Numbered from the whole stretch's first letter, positions 40,932-53,431 are shown. The stretch is 54,488 bases of DNA, filler included, from Sluysia triapertura (GCA_046118255.1; 4 parts of 4 records of this genome joined end to end with filler, not necessarily neighbours in it); one strand, 5' to 3'. Numbers and translations: made by a program. Notes: generated from the letters alone by a model not told the origin.

Positions 40932-41379
40932 TTCTAAAAATAAATATTTTAATTAAATATTAATTTACCTTTCTAAAAATAAATATTTTAATATTAATTT
41001 ACCTTTTTAAAAATAAATATTAAATTTCCTTTATTAATTTTCGATTTAAACAAATTAAATCAAATCTTTTTTAATTTAATATTTTTTACTTTTTTAATTT
41101 AATATATTTTTATTTTAATTTAATATTATTTAATTTTAATATATTTTTATTTTTTTATTTAATTTTTTTAATTTTAATATTTTTACTTTTTTAATATTAT
41201 TTAATATAATTACGATACGCAATTTTACTAATTTTAAAATATATACACAATTATACTTTAACACAATTATACTTTACACATAGAATATTTAGTTAAGAAT
41301 CAAAGTATTATTGACCCTCATATTACTTAGTAGCTTGATATAGTAAAGTTAAGAAGAGATTAATTTGCAATTCTTTAAT

Positions 41380-42124
41380 TATTTTTTTAAAGCAATCTTG
41401 TAAGTAGCCTCATATATTAGTCAAATAAGTAGTATATTACAAGTGATCCCAACATATAAGAAGAAAACTAATTTTGCTGTTAGGTTAGGCTTAATTATAG
41501 AAAAAACCCCAGCTAACATTACTGATAAAACTAATGAAAATATTGACAATCATGCAAAAATGATAATATTGATAACAAAACCATTGCAAAAATATTAATT
41601 AAATAATTAATTAAATAATAATTTAGATGAGTTTATATTGTAAAATATATAAGATCATGTTGATAATGTGAAAGTGTAACAATGAATGTTTTCAAGTCTA
41701 TTATTGATTGTGGAATGCTAATTTAGAGTTTTGAATTAATGGCCTATCTGGTTATTTATCTATAAAGTCTTCAGAATATTTCAAGAATAAATATTTATTT
41801 ACACATCATCATTTACATAATTGCTTAATTCTACATAAGAATTAGCAACCCTTTCTTCAAATTTTATGCTGATCTTTGAAATAATTAAAAATAAATTTAG
41901 ATATAATTAAATTTTATATTTATATTAAATTACGTAGAAAAAAATTCAGAATTTGAAATTGAGGGACAAATAATTATAATTATACAGACTACACCATACG
42001 CATATAGATATATTTTATTAAAGTTTATCAAATATTTTATATTTTGAATGATGTATTTTGAATAATATATTTTGCCTATTTTTCGACGTACAACATTACT
42101 CAAGTGTTTTTTTAAACAAAGCAT
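41380..42124 (-). pseudogene. Putative small multi-pass membrane protein locus with in-frame stops
   Basis: ATG at 42124. Exon to 41934 (hydrophobic YLYAYGVVCIIIIICP, AC|gtaat), 65-nt intron, exon from 41868 (TIKFEERVANSYVELSNY), then a codon-periodic hydrophobic frame FVINIIIFA*LSIFSLVLSVMLAGVFSIIKPNLTAKLVFFLYVGITCNILLI*LIYEATYK. Confidence 0.4.
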
Positions 42125-42674
42125 TTTATTTAATAAAATGTATGGTTATATACTTTTTTAAAGTCTTCAATTTTAAAATTAATTCTATATTGAAAAATTA
42201 TAATTATGGCTGCGTATTAAAATAATTTATGTTAAATAATTTATAAATAAAAGATATTATAAGAAAATTTAATGATATTTATAAAAATATCATATTGTAT
42301 TCAAATGTCATAGTTTTGTTTAAATAATCTCTAAATGTCTGTGCGTTTTTTGAAATATCAAAACATTAAATATTTTATATACGTGAAATAATAAAGTTTT
42401 AAATATTAAAATATTTTAATTATATCATATAATAAAACATGATAAATAACAGTTTTAAAAATAATTTACATAATTTTAAATTCAAATATATTTCTATGTC
42501 ATATTGATTATTTGGTTTTAGAATGAATAAAAGAATATAAAACTAATATAAATTTTTATATTTTGATTACATTTTAAGAAACATTTTTGTTACATTTTAT
42601 TTTTAGCTACTTTGAAGGTCATTAATATTATTTTGTTAAACCAATAATAATATTCAATAATTTTTTATTTTTAC

Positions 42675-43006
42675 ATGTTACAAAAAAGAAATACAAAGCA
42701 TAGATGTATAGTACCTTTAATTCAAAATCAAACTCGTATTAATGTTAAAGCAAAAAGTCTTCTTGAATTTATAAAAAATCGATCATTAGGATTAATTAGA
42801 TTAGTACCCTCTATAACAATCAGCCAGACAGAAAAGTATCTACCATTTTATTGGAAATGCAGAAATCTCAAAACTCAAAAGCATAATAAAGTATTTGCTA
42901 GTCAGTGGATTACTAACGACTCGATTGTTTATGGAACCAAATGTAACAGATTATTTTTATATAATATCGAAAATGATACTTCAGATGAAATACCACTTAT
43001 AAAAGG
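42675..43006 (+). CDS. DCAF12: DDB1- and CUL4-associated factor 12 (WD40), first coding exon
   Basis: [10 protein letters not shown]...[25 protein letters not shown]...IPLIK matches DCAF12 RSLVYYLKNR...[25 protein letters not shown]...IPILK. Donor GG|gtaatg. Confidence 0.93.
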
Positions 43007-43056
43007 GTAATGGTTAATTTTCAGTTTTCATATTTTTTACATTGTATAATATTTAG

Positions 43057-43225
43057 ATTATCGCGAGAAGATCAGTGCTCTTTTGCAGATGAACCATCAA
43101 CAAATTTTGGTATTCATGCAATTAAAAAGAATAAAAGCTGTACATTATTAGCAACAGGAGGTGACAATGTTAACAGTGTAGGAATATATCAGATACCTGA
43201 ATTCAGACCACAATATCTACTTGAG
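43057..43225 (+). CDS. DCAF12: DCAF12 second coding exon; gene continues beyond (next exon not found in the window)
   Basis: Follows a 50-nt intron (tttag|A). [35 protein letters not shown] matches [35 protein letters not shown]. Donor GAG|gttaat. Confidence 0.93.
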
Positions 43226-43819
43226 GTTAATATGTTTTTTTTATTGAAATTCATGTTTTGTTTTTTTTTGTAAAATTATGGAAATTTTTTGCTTTGATTT
43301 CATTTTATTAATTTACCTCATTTTTTGAATATAACGTGTACTTTATCCTTTAACTAATAAATTTATTGCATTATTATGATTTCATCAAATTAATCAAAAT
43401 TTTATTATATTTCCTTTTTGTGGTTATAATTTATAAACAATAAATTTATTTTATTGTTTTCGATAATAATTTAAATTACTTTCAGTTTATAATCACTTAA
43501 AATATTACAAATGGTTAACTTTAAAATTCGATGGGTAGCTCTTCGTAAATTATAATACTAAAATAAGTTCATAATTAATTCTGGTAGGGGAGATAAGTCA
43601 GTTGAGGCCAGAGAAGTGTCTAAAAGAGGCCACATAACTGTGATGTTTTTAAGCAATTAGAATGATTTTGACAATTTGAGATATGATATTTAATCAAATT
43701 ATGCAATATTCAATTTCCGAAAATCACTTTGTTTTCATATGATACAAATTGTGAAAGTAATTAGTCAACTTGTCAAACTAATGTTTTAATACGTGGAAAG
43801 TATATTATTTTCACAAGAT

Positions 43820-44126
43820 TGTTGTAAGGTCGCAAAAGAAAAACCCAGAATCCCGTATTCTCCAATCTGTATGTGTTTCTAAGGATTTTATTTGTTCTAG
43901 AATTCTTACATCTTTTCTCAAGGTGTACGTGTTACTAAGATTAGTAAGTGGATAGAGAAAGTGTTTGTGTATAAGTGATGTCTTTTTTTTCAGAGGGAAC
44001 TGTGTATGTGATAATAGTGGAATTTGTGTGATGTGATTGTAGGGTGAAGCGATTGTCTTAAGTGTCTAAGTAATAAGGGACTTCATCTATTGCTGTTACT
44101 AAAAATAGAATTGATGTGCTGCCACA
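43820..44126. mobile_element. Possible solo LTR
   Basis: TGTTGTAAG ... GCTGCCACA boundaries around a ~300-bp GT-rich, higher-GC block; no TSD match. Confidence 0.3.
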
Positions 44127-45519
44127 AATAGAATGCGAAAACTTTGTATGATGTATTTTAACTATAAATATCGCGAAATCCATCTTGATCCAGGTAATAC
44201 AGTTTTTTGTACTATAATTATTAACTCGCTGCCTATTGGATTTAATTTTGTCATACTGTTCAGATTTTACCTTAAAAAACCTAACAATTATAATTTTTTT
44301 ACTGCTATTGGGTTCGCCTATAATTTAAGCTTTATATCCATCGGAAGACTTAATTATAGGTAATTAGAAGTTTTTCTACGAAAAGTATTCCTTATTAAAA
44401 GTATTCTTTTAATTACGCTTACTAAGTTCAATATGAACCTCTAAAATGAATTTGACTGAGCTTATCCTTCAAAATAAAATAACAAACGAATGATACACGT
44501 GGTATCCTATGAACTTTTATTGTCAAAAATTGAAAATACAAAACTAAATTAACGTACAAAATTAGATCAATAATAATATACTAAACTATCGTACAAAATC
44601 AGATCAATAATAATAATAATAATTTTATCAAGTTTTAGGATTTTCTCCTAATCTTCAATATAATCGATTTTAAAAAGTGATTTTAACTCAGGTGTAATAC
44701 TTGAGTATAAAGTTTGTAAAAGTTTAAGTATTATTTTAACACAGCTATATTAGTGTGCAAAAAACTTAATATGAATAGCTTACTACTTGTTATAATAATT
44801 ATTAGAAGTTGATCCTCTCCAAATGAATCCAATGTCTTTCCTTTATTGACAATTGATAGTTAAATCGTTCTTTCCCAACAATTTAATTTATCCAATCCAG
44901 TACGAATATCTCCAATTCAAAAAAACGAATCCAACGTTTCTTCTTTTTTATTTAATCGGTAAACGAATCGTTTTCTTCCAATAAAGTTAATTTATTCAAT
45001 CGAATACAAATATCTCCAAATAAGAAGGGATTCAATGTACGACTGAGCGTTTTCACAAATTTAAGATTTTAAAATGTTTATAACTTGTGTATTCTGCTTA
45101 ATTTTTCGGCTATTTATATTAGTTTTTTTTATAAAAATATAATTATTTTAGTAAAATATCGATAATATTAAAAAATCAAATTATTTTATAATCAAATTTT
45201 TAGTAATTACAAAAATATTGTTATTTTATCTGATTAATCAAAGTCTAATTAATTTTTATCTAAAAATGTCTACTTAATTTTTATCTAAAAATTTTATTCG
45301 TAAATTTTGTACTAATTAATAATTAATTTCTTATCTAAAAAATTTCGTTATTATTTTGTTTAATTTAATTTAATTATTTTAATTATTTAATTTAATTATT
45401 TTGTTTGTTACATTTTAAACTATTCTTTGATTTTTTAATATTTACATTTTCATTTATAATATTTATAATATTTACAATACTCTTATGTTTTGACATAATA
45501 TAGATTCATGTTTGATGGT

Positions 45520-45951
45520 AACATGTTTGTCTTCGGTTTTTCTCTCATTTTCTCTTTGATGTCTCCGCGATATAACTTTCATTTTCAAAAATATCAAACC
45601 AATGCATTGTACACTTGAAATCAGTTTGATGACGTTCATCGAAAGTCACAACGCTTGCTGTGCTTGCTTGATAAAAATGCTAGCAACGGAGTTAAGCTAC
45701 TAGCATTTACCACTAGACTAGCATTTTCTCTTTCAATAAAAATTGAATAAAAATATTTACATGCAATAAAAATAAATATTTCTTTGCCTTCGTGTTTTGG
45801 AAACTTTCTTTTTTGTCCATCCAACCATGAACAGTTGATTGAGAATTATGGTGTTGTCTTTATTCTTTACACTCTTCATCAGCCTCAGCTACTGCAAAAA
45901 TGTAAGTTTATTTTCCTTTAATTCATCTTTTGTGTTGTATGAGGTTGCCAT
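45520..45951 (-). mobile_element. Decayed pogo/Tigger (CENP-B-like HTH) transposase N-terminus
   Basis: MATSYNTKDELRKI.., SQSTVHGWMDKKE, ..ERENASLVVNAS.. and DFKCTMHWFDIF (cf. the FKASxGWLxxF motif) across frameshifts. Confidence 0.5.
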
Positions 45952-46349
45952 TAATTGAAGTAGTTTTCCTAAGAGACAATAATAATTGAATCCGAAAGAG
46001 GAATAAATGAAAGCAGGATTGTAGCTGTTGTTGGAATTGGAGTCAGGGTAGCTCACTGCGACGAAGTTTTGGGTACCGCGAAAGTATGTGATTAACGTAG
46101 ATACGATATGACATCTTCACCATATCCATAGAGATATCTACCAACAGTTTGTTAATAGCACATTTACTAAATTTGAAGCTTTTAAAATAGTTACATTTTC
46201 GGGGTTCATTGTGCCAAATTTGGGAAATATTAGGATGAAAATTTTAACTTTACAACGAACAAATTTACTTAGATGTTGAGAAAAAGATGAATATTTTAAA
46301 AAATTTCTTTTACGAATATTAGAATAAGAATCAAATTTGTCAAATGGGG

Positions 46350-49300
46350 TTTTAACATCAATTAAGTAGTAGCGGTCTATTTGTGAGGTGAGATTGTGCA
46401 AGTGATGAGGCGAGCAGGAATTGACACTTCAAGGATTTCCAGCGATAGAAATGAGATAACACAGCCTGGGTAAGGTTATCCTTTTCATCCTTTGTGAAAG
46501 AATATGAAGTATCTTGAAGGGAAAGATTGATAGAAAAGGAATCTTCAGCAAAGGCAAACAAAACTTGAATGTTATGTTTAGATTTCAATGCTTTATAACA
46601 TTAGACCAAAGCGTAGATTTAGAAGGATACATTTCAGAGTCAGTAATACCAAAGAGCCAGTTGACAAGTCAGCAGTGATATAGAAGAAGTCAATAGAGGT
46701 AAAGCGAAAATGCATTTCAAGGGCTGGTCGAAGAAGGTTTCTAAAACTCCTGTCAAAGGAGGAAGTATCATTTTCAATATTTGAATCATTAGAGTGCATT
46801 TTTGCCTTTCCAAGCTGGGTTCTTATAATTTTACATGCTGTAAAACGATAAGGAAATCGTGAAAGTATAAAGATGTTTATTTCTCTAATTTTCTCTACTG
46901 GATGAAGGCGAGAGTTTAAAATCTTTGAACAATCAGAGAGAGCAGTTTAAAGCAGAGATTCTATTGATAGATGTTTAGCACTACTAATTTTTGAGCCAAG
47001 ATAGGTGTAGTGTTTGTAGAATCAATAATAGGAACTTGAATGTTATAAATACTCAAAGGTGGTTCTAAATTTTTCTTAATAGTATTCAGATAACCACATT
47101 TATCAGGGCGAAATTTCAGAATGATGTAAGAAGAAATAATAGAAAGTTCATTTAAAGTGTGAGAATTTTAGAATAAAGAATAATTTTAACGTGAGTCCAC
47201 AAACGTACTAGGCTTACCAGTTGGATTTATAGATAAAAGATATTAAATTAAAAAATTGTCTAAAGTGTAATTTTGTATTAGGGTACTCTTTACTTCATGA
47301 CTTGACCGTTGATTCTAATATAATTCTGGAGGTATTTTAATTAATGTTGTCTAAAGAGTATATATTCTTGGCTTAGTGTTAATTTTTAAATTTAAACTGC
47401 CTAAAATATACGTGATTCTGCTATTCTTAACTTAACAATTATTCATTCTCGATTCTAGTAGGTTCAGGAAGTGTATAAATTATCTTTAGTGTTAAGGTTT
47501 CTAAATGATTAAAGAAATTATTTAATTAAATAATTTATGCAGTATTTTACGAAGATCCTATGAAAGGATCTATAAAAATGAGTTTACGGTATTATATTTA
47601 AATTCTAATCGTTGAAATCTTTACTTTCCCGAAGATTTTATAGTTAAGACTATTTAATACTGAAAACTAAATTCTTAAAAATTTTATTACATAATTATTA
47701 GTTTATACACTGATATATATAACAAGAAATTAGTTTTCAATTCCTAAACTAATGAAATTTTACTAATGATTTTACTCCAGATCTATTATAAGATCTCTAT
47801 AGAAATAATAATTGATTTTAGTGGATTTTACGTAGATACTGTAATAGTATCGGACCTCAAAAAATAAACTAACGTTACAAGATTTTAAATTAAAGTGTTG
47901 AAAAAACAATCAAAATCGATTTGAAGTAATGTTCAAAGTTCTGCCACTGTAGTAAGAATCGACATTGACGAATTCCGAATTTGTTAAAAAATTTGGTGTG
48001 CGATTTATATGAAAATTCGTAGCTATTTATATTTGATTTAGATCGAATTTCCAGAATTTTTAAATTTAAATATTAAATTTAAACAAAATTTTAAATATTT
48101 AAATACAAATAAAACAGATATTAAAAATATTAAATTTAAATATTAATATTAAATTAAATTAAATAAAGCAGATATTAAAAATATTAAATATTACCTATAT
48201 TTGTATTATTTCCAGAATTAACAATTTCCAAAAATTAATAATAATTCATATAATTATTTTCAAAGTAAAACAAAAATCGATAATAATAATTATTATATGA
48301 ATTATAAGCTGTTTATAAATGTTTATGTACAGTATGCATGTTATAAAAATGAATAAACCATTCAATATGCATAAAGTAATTAATAAACACAATGTCTTAT
48401 CATAATCACAATGTCATATTTACAAAAGTATGTTGTAGTGATTGATGAGAATCAGATATAATCATTATGTCATAAACATAAGCAAGGCAGGTAAAGGAAT
48501 ATCCTAAATAACGAAACGAATAACAAATCGAAGTAAAGGTTCAATAGCAAGGCAGAAAAGAGTCAAAGAGCCTTGCTTAACACCAACTTTAACTGGAACA
48601 AGAGTTGATTTGTGACGCCCAAGAGTGTAAGTACAATAATTATCACTATATAGGTTCTTCAGTAATGAAAGTGTTGGTTTTCGTAAGCCAGAATTTTCAA
48701 GCAGTCAAAATAAATAGTCGTGTGGCACAGAGCCAAAAGCCTTTGAATAATCAAGCCAACAAACAAACAATGAAGATTTTGGCAAGTGAGTTGTGCTGGC
48801 GTGTAAAAGGGTTTGTAGTGTATGAATGTGTTCTAAGCAAGCATCAGGATGAATTAATGCTTTCTGAATTGGATTAATCAGAGATCCAGCTTTCATCCAG
48901 CCAATTAATCTCGAGTTAAGGATTTTCGTGTAAAGGTATCTACGATTGCAATGGGTCGCCATGAAGATGAGGAAGTAGAATCATCATCATTTCCAGGCTT
49001 AAGTACAAGGTGGGTGGGAAAAGTTTTCCATTGTTGCGGAACATCAGCTGTACGATGGATATGGTTGAATAAACAGAGTAGAAATGAAAACTGAGGATAT
49101 GTTAATTGCCAGTCAAGGAAAGAAACACTAGATTGACCTGGGGAGGAGGATTTGTCGCAGGTTGCATAAGTGGTTTTAATTTCTTTTACATCAATAGGTA
49201 AATCTCCGAGGAAGCCTTCAAAGGGGTTTAACTTTAATAAATCTGAGGGAGTAAATTTTGGATATTCTGAAGCACAAAAGTGTGAAATGATGGAATTCAT

Positions 49301-50160
49301 AGAAGGATACATAAACCTACCACTTCCTCACTAAAAAGTTTTTGAATCACGATTGAAGGTTCCTCATCATAGTTTTTGCGAAGAAGGAAACTTGAGAAGG
49401 AAGGATCAGCCGGTTTTGCATGAAATTTCTTTCCTTTTCTATGGTGTTGATTTTCTTCTGGATGGAGGTTTTGTTTTAAGTTTAGAAGGCACAGCATGAT
49501 GGGCAGTTTCCAAGGAAGCTGTAGAATCAATAGCACCAGAGAAATGAAAAGAAATGGCATGGAGTAGAATTGGATGAACTTGAGAAACCATTTTCGTATT
49601 CTTTTTATTCAAGAATTTCATCAATAGATGAAAGTAATGGTTTCTTAGTATCAGTAAGATTAAGAGGTTGACCACAACAGTCAATGCCAAATCTAGCATA
49701 ATAATAGGAAAAATGTAATATCCACAGAGAACATTATCAGAAGGTTGAACGAGGGCATTAAGAAGGTTACACTGAACAATCGGAAGGGAAATATCATCAT
49801 TATCATTAAGGAAGGAAAATTTATTAACGATAGAATTCAAAACAGTATGCAGTTGAGTAAGATTTTACTTATTATCGGAACCAAGAGGATCATAAAGATA
49901 AGAATAATTGGTAACACAATCTGCTATAAAGAGAAGCCAATGATTTTGTTCCCAAAGTATTGGCCAGAATATGATTCTCCATTGGAACATTAGAGAAAAA
50001 GGAAAAGAATTAAGAAATCCGTGCAGATCATCAGCTAGAAGAAATAGATTGTATCAGAGAAGATCTCGTTGCTCCAAGGAAAAATTGGTTGTATACTAAT
50101 TATGAGAATCCTTCCAAAGTCTCGAAGAGATATATGTTGATTCTTTTAAAAAATTTCCAA
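46350..50160 (-). mobile_element. Decayed non-LTR retrotransposon, R2/R4/NeSL-like reverse transcriptase, split by an insertion
   Basis: RT motifs in order: SSPG, VPQQWK..LVLKPG, SWRPIA, YTKILNSRL, QK..ACLEH, WLDYSKAFGSVPH, GVKQG, LAYVYDI (decayed YADD), then after the insertion KFRPDKC and YTYLG. Element ends are uncertain. Confidence 0.88.
47158..48424. mobile_element. 1267-bp TG...CA insertion (probable solo LTR) with AAAG target-site duplication, inside the RT
   Basis: AAAG|TGTGAGAAT ... ATATTTACA|AAAG. Removing it plus one AAAG restores the minus-strand RT frame SDSHQSLQHTLNELS. Confidence 0.85.
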
Positions 50161-50492
50161 ATAGATTTAACGTTGCTTGTGACCTGATTTTAAATAGTTA
50201 ACTTCTTTTTATATATCTTTCGCAGCAGTAACTGATTATATTATAATATTTTATAATATTATGAAACTATTTTATATTTTTCAGTAACTAGTTTATTATT
50301 AAATAGCAATAATTTTCTCGGATTTTATTATGTTAGAACAATAATTTCTAGATTATTTTTCAGAACTTTTAAAAATTAAAAACTACAATAAAACTGTTTA
50401 CAATATTTATAATTAATAATAATATGATTTTCATATATTAAAAGTTAATTTAAATTTATTTATATTTAAATTTATTGTTAGACTTCAATAAA

Positions 50493-50573
50493 TGGACTGA
50501 CTGGGATTCGAATTCGGGCCACCTTACATCTGAGGTGTGCAGTTCGATGCCCTGACCACTAAGTTATTAGCCT
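50493..50573 (-). ncRNA. Degenerate tRNA-derived sequence (left TIR copy)
   Basis: AGGCTAATAACTTAGTGGTCAGGGCA...GAATTCGAATCCCAGTCAGTCCA: decayed A and B boxes, homologous to 51891-51962. Confidence 0.65.
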
Positions 50574-51890
50574 CGTCCAACAATTTTATTTTATTATAGT
50601 CAATTATACTATCATTATTCTAAATGGTACTTTACGTTTTTACCTCAAAAATACGAAGAAATATAGTGATATTTTAAAGTGAGTTGTGTTTAGTGAAATG
50701 TGAACGTATAATGTAAATTTAATCAATCGAATTAATCATTTAAAAATTGGAAAATTAAGAAGACTTATCAACCTAATCTAATTTTGTTTGACTAATGAGT
50801 GTCGGTTTCATGGAAATAAAGTTTATGCAGATTGTGTGTTATTTGTTAATTATAAAGTTAAATGTGATTAAAATATACTATACAAGCTAACTAATCATGA
50901 ACTAAGAATTATATTTCGCTAACGTCATTAAACAGAAAACCGTGCATTAGAATATAATTATATTACTGGAATATAACGGTTTGTTATTACTTCATTTTAC
51001 ATTGATTATTTTGATTTAATTTTTTGGACAATACAGTTTTTAGTTATTAGTGCTCCATAAAGTTTATTATTTGATTTGTAATTTAATATTTCTTGGTAAA
51101 AAAGTTGCTGTTTCCAATAATGCAAAAAAGTATTGTGTCTCATATTTACTAGAAACGATACTAAGCTGATCATTTTTAACAATAACGCTAATTTAAAGAC
51201 GTCATTATGTTAAGTGATTTTGATTTAATTGTGTAAACAATGTGATTCAATTTTGTATTCGACATTTCGACATTGTGTCAAATCATAAATTTATTATAAA
51301 CAAAATTATATTAATTTGTCAAATTGATTGTGCTAGTTTAATCAAAGAGTTTATTATTTTAAAATGCACTAATAATAAAAATCAATTTAAATTCGATATT
51401 AATTTATTGTAAACATGTACATCAATTTTCAATCAAAAGAACCAATTATATTTAAGTTAATAACTTAATCAAAATTTAATTGATTCATAAATTCTTATTT
51501 TAATATTCGAAGCATCACTACATTCGAAACATTTTCAATACAAATGAATTTATTGAGACTGAAACTCGAAGTCACTTTCTAGTTAATCTATATTAAACTA
51601 ACAATTTGCTAACGGTATAATGCTTACTCTAAGAATGTGACTTTAGCTAAGGCTACTTAGTCGTATTTCATGAATTACACAATTAAGCATTTTTGATAAC
51701 TGATTTGTGTACTTCAAAAAATTCAAGATTTTAAAACACTATAAGAAATCTATTTCGTATATGAATGGAATTTATTTAATACTTAAATAAATTATATTAT
51801 TACTATTTAAATATTATTAGTGTTGGGGTAAAAGGCCTAAAAAGTGCTAAGTAGTATAAATGAATATATTGAAAATGAAATTGTTAGACT

Positions 51891-51962
51891 GGGCTGATAG
51901 CTCAGTGGTAGAGCATTCGCACTGCGCTTCGAAGGTCCCGGGTTCGATCCACGGTCAGTCCA
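51891..51962 (+). tRNA. tRNA-Ala(TGC)-like sequence, probably a pseudo-tRNA or tRNA-derived element (right TIR copy)
   Basis: Acceptor stem GGGCTGA/TCAGTCC, D arm GCTC-AGTGGTA-GAGC, T arm CCGGG-TTCGATC-CACGG, followed by TTTT. The anticodon arm is irregular (18 nt, 4-bp stem). Confidence 0.7.
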
Positions 51963-52183
51963 TTTTACGAAGTCTAACATTATTATAATTATAATAATAA
52001 TTATTATTATTTTACATCATTGCTATTATATCATAATTATCACCTGGCAAGGTAGAATTGCCGACTTAGATTTATTTCAAGATTGTCCGGCAAGTGTAAC
52101 AAATAATATTGTTTCATAAATATGTAAACTTTGTATAGTTTTAATTTAATTACCATTTTGTGAATAATATTTATCCTTGTGCT

Positions 52184-52720
52184 TGTGGTGGCTCACAATT
52201 TATTCCTGAAAAAACTAAATATTAATAGTATTAAATATTAAATTATTTTAAAACATTTAATACAAAACATTGCTCGGTTCTCACAACTTTTATTTCTTAG
52301 CCTCCATACCTTTAATACACTCAGGATCACATCATTATTCTTTATGAATTCCTATTCAACCAGACTAATCGGAACAATGATTAAACAATACAAATTCATT
52401 TTTTCATTCAACGAAATCGGAACTCATACAAAAATAAACATTTAACTTTATAGACTCAAAACAGCCTAAATTATAATATTCTTTTACATAAACAATGTTA
52501 CTTTTAGCGCTAATAAATTACTAGACATTTCAGATTCACTTTAACTTTATAATGTAAAAGCTTGATACACCATAATTATTTCAACTTCGTACTTCACATT
52601 TCCAACCATTCACTGAAAATGTTTGTATTAAGCCATATTATACAAAGGATCATTCTTTATCTCAGACACACCACATTTAATACATTTGTGCGAATTTTTG
52701 CTTTCACTTTATAAATATTA
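52184..52720 (+). mobile_element. Isolated left arm of the TGTRGTGGCT foldback family
   Basis: Starts TGTGGTGGCTCAC and continues as a CA-rich tract like those at 17508 and 27950; no matching right arm seen. Confidence 0.45.
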
Positions 52721-53370
52721 ATGAGTCCTCTATGATGTTGGGCTTATACAGTTAAGGGCCAATTCATAGATGTCAACGTAAAAATATGCGTGTTTTATGG
52801 AGGTCAAAATAAGATGTAAAGTTTGCAATGATTTAGATCCGCTACATAGCGAGGTTATTTTCTAAGATTTTATATTAGATCTAAAATGATCTGTTTTTAA
52901 GTCAATATAAAAAAATTAGAATTAATAATAACTCGAGTACTTCAAAGGTATTTTGTAGCTATATAATTTAACTTCATACGTATGAAAATAAATGCAGATG
53001 TATTCTTATTGTCAGTTTTTATCCCAAGGTTATTTAAAAAATTGTACGTTCTTATGGTGTCTTCGAATAGGTTGTGAAATACTTGTTTAGAAATTCGATA
53101 GTAAATATTTTAAAATATTTTTGTTTCAGATAATATTAATACTTAAAAATTCTAATTTACAAAGTATAAAATGTAACACTAATGTATTAATAATAGTCAA
53201 ATTTAATAACATAAAATTGTTAGCCAAATAATTTAAATTCAAATAATATAAATTGATAATCAAATAATCCACAGTTGATTATTATAAAATTCAAAAATTC
53301 AATAATGAAAGACTGATATAATAAAATTTATACTTAAGTAATTCAAACTAATGCCAGTTGTAATTATTTT

Positions 53371-53386
53371 TAATAATAATAATAAC

Positions 53387-53431
<45 letters not shown>
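53371..53431. repeat. (TAA)n microsatellite
   Basis: About 20 TAA units with one CAA interruption. Confidence 0.95.

Larger units (their letters stand above)
50476..51979. mobile_element. 1504-bp TGT...ACA element with TTAT TSD and long TIRs, each containing a tRNA-like gene
   Basis: TTAT|TGTTAGACTTCAATAAATGGACTGAC ... GTCAGTCCATTTTACGAAGTCTAACA|TTAT. Inverted similarity continues at least ~170 bp inward. Confidence 0.75.

Noticed and set aside
41900-42124. Prolyl 4-hydroxylase alpha N-terminus (SEFFST resembling AEFFTS)
   Set aside because: Similarity is limited to a few residues, the downstream frame is transmembrane-like, and no P4H exons were found.
623-43225. Genome-wide stop-codon reassignment (TGA=Trp, TAR=Gln), suggested by many stop-interrupted frames
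   Set aside because: The ~390 codons of clearly conserved SGSM and DCAF12 exons have no in-frame stops and use TGG and CAR codons. The interrupted frames mostly also have frameshifts, consistent with ordinary decay under AT-biased mutation.
46358-49993. Plus-strand ORFs 48605-48877 and 49745-49993 and several short minus ORFs treated as separate genes
   Set aside because: They are antisense shadows or frameshifted pieces of the single non-LTR retrotransposon ORF.
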